NCBI GenBank assembly: GCA_040752695.1
Contig: JBFMGO010000019.1
Location: forward strand, 1-64,000
DNA from: a bacterium
GTDB lineage: Bacteria > SZUA-182 > DTGQ01
DNA: 64,000 bases
Direction of reading: 5' to 3'
The notes under the pieces were generated by a model. The model did no database searches and was not told the DNA's origin. It worked only from the letters and a program-made list of their open reading frames with translations. Of this stretch, positions 40,217 to 50,000 are shown piece after piece. The position numbers were made by a program, and so were the translations under genes. Position 1 is the first letter of the stretch, and each line of letters starts with the position of its first letter.

Positions 40217-40672
40217 CTACCTCCATCCTTCCTCGATTTTTTCCTTGATTTTCTTCATCTGCACCCGCGTTCCCTCATTGAGATGATGAGCCACTCCCTC
40301 ATCCGTATGTCCGCAGGCAGGATCCATTTCGAAGCGCTGCACCCACGTCATCTTGACCCCTTCGGGAACATCTTCATACGTCCAGTCAATATGCATGAAT
40401 TTGAAAGGATACAAAGGCTCCTGACGCTCGGCGTGCGCACGCCAGTTTTCACGGTCGATATCGCGCCAGGAAATCCAGCTCATCCGGCCGTGGTCCTCTT
40501 CGGGAAAAGTCGTGAGCCGGAAGGTGATTCGATTCCCCTCTTTTTTCAGAACTTCCGCTTTCTCGTACTCATGAGTGAACAGCTCGGGCCAGCGGGCTAT
40601 ATCATTGGTCAGATCGAAAACCGCGGCCTTATCGGCCTCAATCACAATTGAATTCTCGATTCGGGCAGACAT
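40217..40672 (-). CDS. Monodomain aromatase/cyclase (TcmN/WhiE-ORFVI type, SRPBCC)
   Basis: ENSIVI, TNDIARWPELF.EY, FRLT, SWISWR, PFKFMHIDWTY, MTWVQRFEM follow WhiE/TcmN ARO/CYC motifs. Confidence 0.92.
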   Translation of the reverse strand: MSARIENSIVIEADKAAVFDLTNDIARWPELFTHEYEKAEVLKKEGNRITFRLTTFPEEDHGRMSWISWRDIDRENWRAHAERQEPLYPFKFMHIDWTYEDVPEGVKMTWVQRFEMDPACGHTDEGVAHHLNEGTRVQMKKIKEKIEEGWR

Positions 40673-40700
40673 AATGCATTAAACCTCCTTAGAGTATTGT

Positions 40701-41543
40701 TTACTGACAACCATTCTCGAAAATGGCAACACACCGGGACCAGGCAGCTCCGGTTCCGGTTATCTTAATGGGAAAGCAGGCCACCTTGAAGCCGCAAGGT
40801 GCAGGGAGAGCGTCAAGATTGCCGATCCGCTCCATATGGTAATATTCCCGCTCCCTGCCTGCACAGTGAACCGGCCATAAGACCCTTTTGTCGCGGGTTT
40901 TAAAATACTCTTCCACCATGATAAAAAAGGGCCTGTCCAGTCCGTAGCAATCCGTACCGATGACCCTGATGCCCTGATCGAGCAGCCAGAAGAGTCCTTC
41001 GCGGCCAAGGCCAGGAGCATCGGTGAAATAGGCCGGTGTGCCCCATCTGGCAGAGGTTCCGGTATTAAACAGGACAATATCGCGGGGTTTGAGGCGGCAG
41101 GATATCCTGTCCAGGCTGTTTTCGATATCCTGGACACCGATTTCATGTCCCTTTTTCAGATGCTTGAAATCCAATACCACCCCATCCCCATAGAAGAGTT
41201 CGAGCGGTGCCTGATCGATGGTCGATGCAGGTTTGCCCTCACACCGGGTGCCGTAGTGATAGGGTGCATCCATATGGGTACCGGAATGTACGGAGGCAGT
41301 CACTGTTTCGTTCGAGAGAAACTCCTCATCGGGAAACGAGGTATGGTCCAGCCGCCGCTTGCCGCTCAGATAAGCCAAAAGCCGCCTGAGGTTCTGGACA
41401 TAAGACAGCCTGGGTGAAAAGATGAGATGGCGGCCAAACTGATCGGCGCCCTTGCGGTGTCGGGTCCATTTGATCGTTACTGCTTGAGGCTCTCCGGCAT
41501 TCGGTTCTAAGGGAACGCTTAAGTCAATGATTTTATGTGGCAT
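40701..41543 (-). CDS. Polyketide cyclase, kynurenine-formamidase-like (DpsY/OxyN type)
   Basis: IIDLSVP, HSGTHMDAPYHYG, GTDCYGLDRPF, LWPVH, REYYHMER, FPIKI. Confidence 0.9.
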   Translation of the reverse strand: MPHKIIDLSVPLEPNAGEPQAVTIKWTRHRKGADQFGRHLIFSPRLSYVQNLRRLLAYLSGKRRLDHTSFPDEEFLSNETVTASVHSGTHMDAPYHYGTRCEGKPASTIDQAPLELFYGDGVVLDFKHLKKGHEIGVQDIENSLDRISCRLKPRDIVLFNTGTSARWGTPAYFTDAPGLGREGLFWLLDQGIRVIGTDCYGLDRPFFIMVEEYFKTRDKRVLWPVHCAGREREYYHMERIGNLDALPAPCGFKVACFPIKITGTGAAWSRCVAIFENGCQ

Positions 41544-41584
41544 ATGTTTTCTTTAGCATGTGTTTTCTTCGGGTTTTCGGGCGA

Positions 41585-41664
41585 GCTGTCGACTGCCCGC
41601 TGTCGAACGCCGGCTGTTGACTTCCGGCTGGAGAACACCAGCTATTGACCTCTGGCTGTTATCC
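41585..41664. repeat. Degenerate 14-bp intergenic tandem repeat x6
   Basis: gctgtcgactgccc/gctgtcgaacgccg/gctgttgacttccg/gctggagaacacca/gctattgacctctg/gctgttatcc. Confidence 0.7.
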
Positions 41665-42593
41665 TATCGTTTGAACATATCGTGCATGGTCATCAGGCGT
41701 CGGGCATTTTCTCCCAAAAGGTCATCCAGTGCAGTTGGGCCGAGCCCCGGCATACCCATCATTTTCATGGGCATGGGAGGTTCGGCAGTACGTAAAAATT
41801 GCAGGACTTCCTCGGTGTTGGGGGTCGCTGTCCAGTCGGTTCCCCACAGCAGGTGCTTTGATCCGATCATGCCCAGCATCTTGCCCATTTCCATATGAAA
41901 GGCCACCGGGCTTTGCCGGATCATGATATTGGCTGTAGCGGTAATGGTCAGGTACATGTTGGAGTGGCGCTGAACCATGTTATAGGTCAGATCCGTCCAG
42001 GGGAAGCCCATATGCTCCACGATCATGGTCAGATCGGGAAAGTCCACGGCCACATCGTCGAGCAGGACCGGATAGTTATGCTTCATGTGGAAAAAGGGTG
42101 CCGGTGTAATGCCGGTATGAAAACTCACCGGCAGGTTCAATTCGAGGGCCTTCTCATAGAGCGGGTAGCAGAGCTCCCGGTCGTTGGGAAAATAGGCTCC
42201 GAAATCGTTCGGATTCATTTTCAGGCCGCGAAGCCCCAAATCGTTCACTGCCCGGTCCAGTTGATCCACCCTGTCTTCGGCATGCGGGTCTATACCGGCA
42301 AAGCCGACCAGACGGTCAGGGTACTCTTTTACCGCTTTACTGATCTCCTCATTGGAGAGGGTTTCATAACTGAGGTGATGAGCAAAACTAAGCTGGTGAA
42401 GCCAGGCAATCTCTATCCAGCACCGGTCCATGACCTCGAGCAGCCTTTTCAAGGTCGGCACCTGTTGCTTGAGCGGGGGAAATCCAACCCTGGCCCGAAG
42501 CTGATTCATTTCCTCAAGCAACTGCCAGCCTTGAGTGCCTGCTTCGTGGTCCAGCACTTCTTCACGGAAATGGGCATGCGTATCGATGATCAT
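41664..42593 (-). CDS. Amidohydrolase_2-family metalloenzyme (hydrolase or decarboxylase)
   Basis: IIDTHAH, GLRGLK, FHTG, EHMGFP, WGTDW. Confidence 0.88.
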   Translation of the reverse strand: MIIDTHAHFREEVLDHEAGTQGWQLLEEMNQLRARVGFPPLKQQVPTLKRLLEVMDRCWIEIAWLHQLSFAHHLSYETLSNEEISKAVKEYPDRLVGFAGIDPHAEDRVDQLDRAVNDLGLRGLKMNPNDFGAYFPNDRELCYPLYEKALELNLPVSFHTGITPAPFFHMKHNYPVLLDDVAVDFPDLTMIVEHMGFPWTDLTYNMVQRHSNMYLTITATANIMIRQSPVAFHMEMGKMLGMIGSKHLLWGTDWTATPNTEEVLQFLRTAEPPMPMKMMGMPGLGPTALDDLLGENARRLMTMHDMFKR

Positions 42594-42685
42594 GGGTTTT
42601 GATTATCTCCTTTCTGGCTATTCTCTCACGGAGCAACAGCGTGCTTAAAGTGCCTCCGGTGCGGTAGATGCGCATTGTTTCGCTC

Positions 42686-44635
42686 TCACGGGGCAACGGC
42701 CCCGTAGCGTTCAAGATCGGAGGCCACCCAGTCCAGGCCAAGCTCGCGGAGGCGGCTTATTTTCGGCAGTCCTTCTTCCGAGCAGCCGCGATAGTGATAA
42801 TATTCGGGCAGCATGCCCGGATGCTTCAGGTCGATGACGCTGTAGGGAAATCCAGGGCTCCCTTTGGGCCTGCGGACGAGGTCGTCATCCTTTGCCCTGA
42901 TACCCAGCCTGGCATTGAAGGCCCGGAAGATCTGGAAGATGCGCTCTCCGGCCTGGAATAAACTGCTGCCCGACATGGACAGGCCGGTTGTGATCCGAAA
43001 GATATCGGCCAGTTCATCCAGACCGACCTGACCGCTGAGTTTCAGGTTGATATAGGGAAAGATGCACAGGCCAAGGCTGTCGATCACGGTTTTAAAGTTC
43101 TCGTGCCACCAGACACTTCGTCCCTTGCCTACGGGGCTTTCCATTTCATATGCCTCGGCTTGCGGGCTTTTTCCCCAGCAGGCATCCATGGCAAAGGGCG
43201 TTCCATAGATGAAGGTGGTAAAGGGAAAGCTCTTGAGATGATCACCGCCGCGCGGCGAGACGACAAAGCCAAGGGTCCAGGACAGGTTTCGCTCGACCCG
43301 GTATGCCTGCCCCTTCATATGAAAGGCGAATTCCGCTGCCGCAGGTCCCAGATTTTTCGAGGCACCTTTTACCCCTTCAGCCAGGATCTGTCCGATCCCC
43401 TTACGGTAGGCGATCTCTCCGGCCAATTGGACAAAATCTTCCACCACACCGAACCGGACCGGATGCCCGATGTCGCCCTCAGTGAGAATGCCCCGCTGAC
43501 AGGCCTCAGCGGTAAAACCCATTACATAGCCCAGTTCCATAGAGTCCATGCCGAGTTCGTTGGCCATATTGGACAGGCGAAGAACTGCGCCAAAGTCGAA
43601 AATGCCCAGATTGACGCCAAGCGGAAAGGTATGGCCGAATTCAACTTTCGTTCCGCTTTCTCCCGTTTCCTTGTTTTCCCACTTCAGTGAACAGGCTAAA
43701 GGGCACCTCCAGCAGCCTCCCCGGCCTGAATAATAACGGGAGAGAAAAGCCTCCGGCTCAAGGCCCTGGCCCAGTTCCTGAGGAACCGGACGGGAATAGT
43801 TTTGCTGCCATAAATCACCGATTGAATTATAGGCGGTCATCAGATTGTGAGTGCCATTTTTCGCCCGGTCCTGAGCTCCCTGATTACTTTTGATCATTTC
43901 CAGCAAAGCGGACGAAAGACTTGCAAGATGCCGCTCGTCAGCCACGCTGACCCGCTTTTGCGTGTCTTGAAGGACAATGGCTTTGAGCTTTTTCGAGCCG
44001 AACAGGGCTCCTGCGCCGGTCCGGCCAAAGAAGCCCGGCCTCTTGCTGGAGCAGGCTACGCAGGCAAACTTGACGTCATGCTCTCCGGCAGGTCCGATCC
44101 TGGCCACGGTCGATCCCGGATGATGCTTTCTGATCTCGGCATCAGCCAAAGATATGTCCATCCCCAAAAACCTTTCGGCATCGTGAATCTCACATTGGCC
44201 ATCCGGGCCGATGAACAGATACACCCACCGGGCCGATTTTCCCCGTATAATCAGGTGCGAGTAGCCGAGCCTGCGAAACCGGGCACCGAAATCGCCCCCT
44301 GCATTCGTATCGCCATAGCAGCCGGTCAGGGGGCTGCGAAAGGTCAGGGTTGTGCGCGAGCAGGCTGGAAGCATGGTCCCGACACAAGGACCGGCACCGA
44401 AAATGATCGGGCTGTCATCAGCCTCTGAAGCGGTCCCGGGATCTGTCAGTTGATAGAGTAAAACGGCGTTTAACCCGCTGCCGCCAAGGAACAACCGGAG
44501 CTGATCATCGGGGACCGGATAGGTAAAGGCCTGGCCTGAGCCAAGATCCACCTCCAGGATGACACATTCCAGCCCGCCTGAACTCCTTGCGCCTGAAGCA
44601 CCTGCCTCTGACGCACGTGCGCCCGAACCACTCAT
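42686..44635 (-). CDS. AOR-family W/Mo enzyme 3
   Basis: SPLTG..GDTNAGG, GPAGE, GRTGAGALFGSKKLKAI, CWRCPLAC, RGGDHL, DSLGLC. Confidence 0.92.
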   Translation of the reverse strand: MSGSGARASEAGASGARSSGGLECVILEVDLGSGQAFTYPVPDDQLRLFLGGSGLNAVLLYQLTDPGTASEADDSPIIFGAGPCVGTMLPACSRTTLTFRSPLTGCYGDTNAGGDFGARFRRLGYSHLIIRGKSARWVYLFIGPDGQCEIHDAERFLGMDISLADAEIRKHHPGSTVARIGPAGEHDVKFACVACSSKRPGFFGRTGAGALFGSKKLKAIVLQDTQKRVSVADERHLASLSSALLEMIKSNQGAQDRAKNGTHNLMTAYNSIGDLWQQNYSRPVPQELGQGLEPEAFLSRYYSGRGGCWRCPLACSLKWENKETGESGTKVEFGHTFPLGVNLGIFDFGAVLRLSNMANELGMDSMELGYVMGFTAEACQRGILTEGDIGHPVRFGVVEDFVQLAGEIAYRKGIGQILAEGVKGASKNLGPAAAEFAFHMKGQAYRVERNLSWTLGFVVSPRGGDHLKSFPFTTFIYGTPFAMDACWGKSPQAEAYEMESPVGKGRSVWWHENFKTVIDSLGLCIFPYINLKLSGQVGLDELADIFRITTGLSMSGSSLFQAGERIFQIFRAFNARLGIRAKDDDLVRRPKGSPGFPYSVIDLKHPGMLPEYYHYRGCSEEGLPKISRLRELGLDWVASDLERYGAVAP

Positions 44636-46533
44636 AACAGGTGTTCACATTCTTTCGGATCGAGCCCGAGACGGCTCATGGTTTCCGGCAAAGGGATGCC
44701 GGTCTTTTGATCCCAGCCGTGCAAAAGGTAGTATTCATCCAGCATCCGGTTGAATTCATCCTTCTTCAGGACTTCTCTGCGGTCCTCTTTTTCCAGAGGG
44801 ATGAAGAAGCGATCGGGCAGGCTGTCATGCTTGCGCCTGATGCCTTCTCTGGCCAGAAATATCCGTTCCATGGTCAGGCAGCGCGAGGCTACATCCTTGA
44901 TTTCCGCTTCGTCTACCTCCCATCCTGCGGCCAGAGAGGTAAGTTGTGCGAATTCTTTAAACTCCAGGACGTAAGGTTTCAGCAGGCTTAAGAAAATCAG
45001 CTTGCAGATTCCCAACGTATCATAGATAGAGCAGACCGCTTCCGAGAACCAGACCTGACGGCCTTTCCCCTTGTAGGAAGTGTATTTGGGAGAAACGTAT
45101 CCGCCATATAATTCCTGCATCTTTTCAGCGGGGTAAGACATCGGCTCATAAATCGGACGGCTGCGCAAATGGTCCGCTCCGCGGGTGCTGATAGCTATCC
45201 CCAGAGCAAACCCTTTAAAAAACCGAAGGTCTGCGGTATCGGATTGCGGCAGGTATTTCACCCACGAAAGGTACCGGGAAGCTTCGGGAGGAAACTTTTC
45301 CGCTGCAATCCGCGCGCCCTCGGCCAGAATATCGCCAATCCCCTCCCGGTTATACATGGCCTCGACCAGCTTGATCACTCCTTTTTCGTCTCCCCAGGTC
45401 AGGGTCAGGCCATTGGTATCAGATGGCTTGAGAATCCCTTTCTCCTGAAGCTCGATAACCCAGGCCACCAGGCTGGCTGTGGTAGCCGAGTCCATACCCC
45501 ACCGGTTCAGCCTCTCGGTCAGATAAAGAATCGGCTCCCATCTGCGCAAACCGCATTCCGGCCCGAATTTGGCCATCTGGCCGAACTCCGGACCCTCACC
45601 TGCCGCACCCGCATAGGGTCCCTCCGTGACCTTGAAGTAATGACGGCAGGCAATCGGGCAGGAAAAGCAGGCACCGCGCTTTGGAGTAAAAAATTCCTGA
45701 AGCAACGACTTGGGAAAAACATTTTCATTTTCAGAGAAAAGGGTCTTAAGTCCATTGTCCACCCGTCCGATGCGTGCGGCCTGGTAGACGACATCGTAGA
45801 GAAAAGGAGTGCCATACTTGCTCAGTTCTTTTATGGTCACTCCCTCTTCAAGGAGACGGGATTGCAGCTTCCGGGAAAAATCGTTGAACTCTTCGGGTCT
45901 TGCCGGCTGGAGAACCTTATTCTTAAAAGCCACAACGGCTTTGAGATTCTTGCTGCCCATAAGACAGCCCATGCCTGTTCTTCCCGCCGCACTCTTGGCT
46001 CCTGACCGGATGGCGGCGAAGCGGATCAGGCGCTCACCCGCAGGGCCGATGCAGATTACCTGCGATGTCCTGCCATGCCTTTTACGCAGCTCCTCATCCG
46101 TTTCGATAGAGTCCATCCCCCAAAGATCCGAAGCATCCCGGAAATGAATCCGGCCCTCCTCGACTACCAGGTAAATAGGCTTATCGGCCCGGCCCATGAC
46201 AGCCAGCCCGGCAAAGTGGGACTGCTTCAAGGCAGCCCCGAATTGTCCTCCGATGCTCGAATCGCCCAACAACCCTGTTTCAGGTGAATGCCCGGATATC
46301 TGGCAGCGGGCGGTCGATGGTCCTTTAAGGCCGGTGAGAAAACCAGGGCCGATCAGCAATGGCTTGTCAGGGTCGAGCGGATCACCCCCGCCTTTCGTCA
46401 GTTCGAGTAAAAGATGCATGTTGAGAGCGCGGCCACCGAGCAAGCGCCTCCTCACCCCTTCATCGAAAAGGATCGTCTCTGACCGCTGTCTGGTAAGATC
46501 GATAAAGGCAAATGGCAGTTGATCGACTCTCAC
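44632..46533 (-). CDS. AOR-family W/Mo enzyme 4
   Basis: SPETG..GDSSIGG, GPAGE, GRTGMGCLMGSKNLKAV, CFSCPIAC, RGADHL, DTLGIC, MLDEYY...GWD. Confidence 0.92.
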   Translation of the reverse strand: MRVDQLPFAFIDLTRQRSETILFDEGVRRRLLGGRALNMHLLLELTKGGGDPLDPDKPLLIGPGFLTGLKGPSTARCQISGHSPETGLLGDSSIGGQFGAALKQSHFAGLAVMGRADKPIYLVVEEGRIHFRDASDLWGMDSIETDEELRKRHGRTSQVICIGPAGERLIRFAAIRSGAKSAAGRTGMGCLMGSKNLKAVVAFKNKVLQPARPEEFNDFSRKLQSRLLEEGVTIKELSKYGTPFLYDVVYQAARIGRVDNGLKTLFSENENVFPKSLLQEFFTPKRGACFSCPIACRHYFKVTEGPYAGAAGEGPEFGQMAKFGPECGLRRWEPILYLTERLNRWGMDSATTASLVAWVIELQEKGILKPSDTNGLTLTWGDEKGVIKLVEAMYNREGIGDILAEGARIAAEKFPPEASRYLSWVKYLPQSDTADLRFFKGFALGIAISTRGADHLRSRPIYEPMSYPAEKMQELYGGYVSPKYTSYKGKGRQVWFSEAVCSIYDTLGICKLIFLSLLKPYVLEFKEFAQLTSLAAGWEVDEAEIKDVASRCLTMERIFLAREGIRRKHDSLPDRFFIPLEKEDRREVLKKDEFNRMLDEYYLLHGWDQKTGIPLPETMSRLGLDPKECEHLL

Positions 46534-46982
46534 GTGCCGCTCTCTTGCTTTGCCAACGTGCCGCTCTCTTGTTTTGGCAACTCCCGGTGTCCCTGCGAAG
46601 GGGTGGGTGCCAGAGGAGCCGAGGCAAAAACCATCTCGAGAAGCTCCGGGCCGGTATTGGTAATTTCGTGAGTCTGGCCCTGATGAACAATGGCGGCCAG
46701 GTTCGGCTCGAGGCCGATATTTTGATCCCCGTCAAGAATCAAAAGCCCGGTACCGGAAATCACATAAATGGCCTCTTCGCCGTAATCATGCACATGGTTG
46801 ATGATCGTTTCACCCGGTTTCAGGTGCGCGTAACCCATGATCAGACGTTTCGCCTCAACGGTTTTGGGTGTCAGCATGACCCTGATCTCCCCGCCCCGGG
46901 AGGTCATGGGTGAAACCTCCTCCCTGCGAACAGCACTGTTCTGTGTGCTGTTCCGTGTACTGTTCTGTGTCTGGTTCAGCAT
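46530..46982 (-). CDS. Cupin-fold polyketide cyclase (TcmJ/WhiE-ORFII type)
   Basis: RGGEIRVMLTPKTV, HVHDYGEEAIYVISG, H..TNTG, PLAPTP..GH. Confidence 0.88.
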   Translation of the reverse strand: MLNQTQNSTRNSTQNSAVRREEVSPMTSRGGEIRVMLTPKTVEAKRLIMGYAHLKPGETIINHVHDYGEEAIYVISGTGLLILDGDQNIGLEPNLAAIVHQGQTHEITNTGPELLEMVFASAPLAPTPSQGHRELPKQESGTLAKQESGT

Positions 46983-47036
46983 ACTGGTATTCTCCTTCTT
47001 ATCCCCTCAAGGTGTCTTTTTAAGATATCGCAGTGT

Positions 47037-50000
47037 CTATTCCTCGTCCTCTTCCTCATCCTCTTGGGCCAGCTTGGCCTTGTAGTCCGAAACATCGACC
47101 CCCATTTTCCCCAGTTCATCATAGAGAGCGGACTGAACCATTCTGGGTGCCCCCTGGAATGCAAAGGCCAGGTCTGCATCTTCGATCACCTGAGCGCCGC
47201 GACCGCGCGCACTGTTCGTCGCTCCGGTCTGAATACCTTCCAGGGCTACTGGGCGAAACATTTCAGGGATAACACTTTCCATAATCGAATCAAGTTTTTT
47301 CTTTGTTTCAGGATGCCAATCCATAGTCTGTTCCTTTCTTTCTTGAGGTTCTTCCGCAGGTCCATCGGCGGAAGAAGTGCCTCCGGCCCGGAGGCCGGCA
47401 CGCAATCCGGCATAGACTCGTGGATAGAACTGGTTGATGTATTTAAGAAAACGCTGGAGCTTAATAAGGTTGAACACGGGCCCTTCAATCTGCATCAGCC
47501 CCTTTTGGGTGGCCTGCATGGGATGAAGATCTCCCCGCATCAGATCGTGCCAGGTTCTGCTCGAAAGCCTGATCCTGACCGGCGCATCAGCCACTTCACC
47601 CATTTCCACCTGAAACCGGCCATCACCAATCCGCTCGGCATAGGCGGTGTTCAAATCTTCGATCAGGTACTGCACCACTATCCTTTCTGCGGGAAGTGCC
47701 TGCAAGGCTTCGTGATCATCATTGATATCACCTGCCAGGCGGTGGATCAATTCGTCGAGCATGGCTTCGTCGGAAATAGCCGCTTCGGGCACAGATGCGC
47801 AGTCAGCAGCAGGCTTCCCCAAGTCTTCAGCAGCAGCAGGCTGTGACGATTCTTGTGCAGCAGTCTGTTGATTATTTTTCGCCTCCTCCACCGCCAGAGG
47901 AAAGAGCCGGTTAATACTGTTCAAAAGGCGCTGCATCCGGATAAGCTTGAAGATCGGTCCTTCCGGCTGAGATCGCTTTTGCTGGGCTGCCTGCATGGGA
48001 TGGATGATACCGGCCATGATTTCATACCAGGTGCGGCTGTCAGTCCTGAGAACCACCTCTGCATCCTGCCGGTGACCCATTTCTATCTCGTACCTGCGAT
48101 CTTCTATGATTTCGGTGTAAGCGAGGCCAAGATCCGAAAGGACATAGGCAACCGTGGTGCGTCCGGGAGGAAGACTCTCCAGCGCATTCTCATCGCCGTT
48201 AATCTTGTCTTTCAGGGCACGGACGAGCTTTTCCAGACTGGCCGTATCCCGCACGGGGAAGTCACCGTCAGCAGCGGCAGCTTTGTCGGCAGCGGTAACG
48301 GTACCGGCTGTCGCCGGTGGTGCAGGCACTGCACCGGAGCCGTTGCCGGAGCCATTATCCCGGTCCGGGGAGGAGGAACCGGCCCTGGCAGGTGAAGAAG
48401 AGGCCGTATCCGGCGAACAGGCCGCGGCCTGGGCAGCATCGGGGAAAAGCCGGTTGATGTTCGTCAGCAGGCGATGGGTCTTGATCAGTTTAAAAACCGG
48501 GCCTTCCGGTTTGATGAGACCTTTTTGTGCTGCCTGCATGGGATGGATGCTGCCCCACATGAGCTGTTTCCAGGTCGTTCCTGACATGGTCAGCCAGATA
48601 TCCGCATCCGCCGCCCTGCCCATGATTACCTGAAAAGATCCTTCGTCCATGACTTCCGAATAGGAAGCATCGATATCTTCCAGAATGAAATTAATCTTCA
48701 TTCTGGTTTTCGGCAAACTCCCCATAGCCTGCCGATCTTTGTTCACCCTATCCGCCAGAGCACTGACCAGCCGCTCACAATCCTCCTGATTGCGCAAGGG
48801 TATCATCTCAGGATTGGTGATAGCGGTTTGGACAGCGACGGTGGTTTTGGCAGCCGGGGCAGGCACTGGCCCGGCTGGTCTTGCAGGTCCCTTTTGGGGC
48901 ACAGGCTGATCCTCTTCGGGGAGGGATATTCCAAGCTCGGCCAGGTGATTTCGGGTTATGCAGCGAAAGGGCTCAGGGGTGAGTATCAGGGCAGCCCGCA
49001 CGAAATCCTGAAGCTGAACCATCCGAGATCCGCGCTCCAGAGCATACTCTTCAGCACGCTGCCGGATGCCTCCTGCTGCCAGATCTCTGGCAAAAAAGGG
49101 CTTTTTCTGAATCGATTGCAGAAAAATTTCCTCAAGGCCGCTCTCCCATACGAGAGGCTGACGGGGATAGCGGGGATCGAGGTCAAAGGCCTGCCCGGAA
49201 AGGAATGCATTCATCAGATTTGTCAGTTTTTGAAGGCACTTGTGCCTTTTCCCGCTGGACGGCAATTCTAAAAGGTTCACCATGCGCGCCAGTTTGATTG
49301 CACTTTCCTCGCTATCCAGATCAAGCCCCGCAAGACCGGCTGCATCCTTGCTGCTTAGGGAAGCGAGCGGAAAGGCCCGCACGTCCTCCTGACTCGTGGT
49401 AATCTGGCCATTGCCATGGTCAGGCCGGTCGAGAATCATGAGGTTGAAAGGCAGGGCAGTGTCTGCCCCGGACCCTGCACCTGACTCAGCCACTGCACCT
49501 GATCCCGATAGCGGCAGGGGCAGAAGCTCCAGCAGATTATCATTTGATTTCCGTTCCTGATAGGCCCGGGCGGTCTTGATAATCCAGGGCGTTGACATCG
49601 ACTGATCAAGAACATGGAAACTGTTGATGCCAAGAGCTTCATAGAGGTGCAGGTCCTCCGGTCGAATCAGGGGAATACGCAGATAGGTTTCGGGGACGCT
49701 TAATAGTTGTCTCATGGTATTCAGGAGGGGATAGTCAAGCAGGAACCCTTCCTGACCGTTGATCGATTGTGAAGCCTGACCATAGGCATTGGCAGCATAG
49801 CCCTGATTGGCACTGCTCCAGGCATGAAGCGGATTCAATTCAAGGCTCAAGGTGGCGTTGACTCTCCGGCGGATCGACTCGAGCTTTTTAAGATCCCGGT
49901 TCAAGAAAGGATCGATGACCAGGTAATCGACTCCCCGCTCTATCCACAAGAGGGCATCAGCCAAAGAGGCGACGCCCCGCACAATGACACCGATTCCCGG

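Noticed and set aside
34041..41664. Intergenic repeat arrays (34041-34121, 41585-41664) as CRISPR
   Set aside because: Units are 14-17 bp, contiguous with no spacers; no cas genes
32006..46533. Calling the AORs bamB benzoyl-CoA reductases
   Set aside because: No BamB-type Cys at the expected position and no bamC-I partners in the window; kept only as a mechanistic analogy
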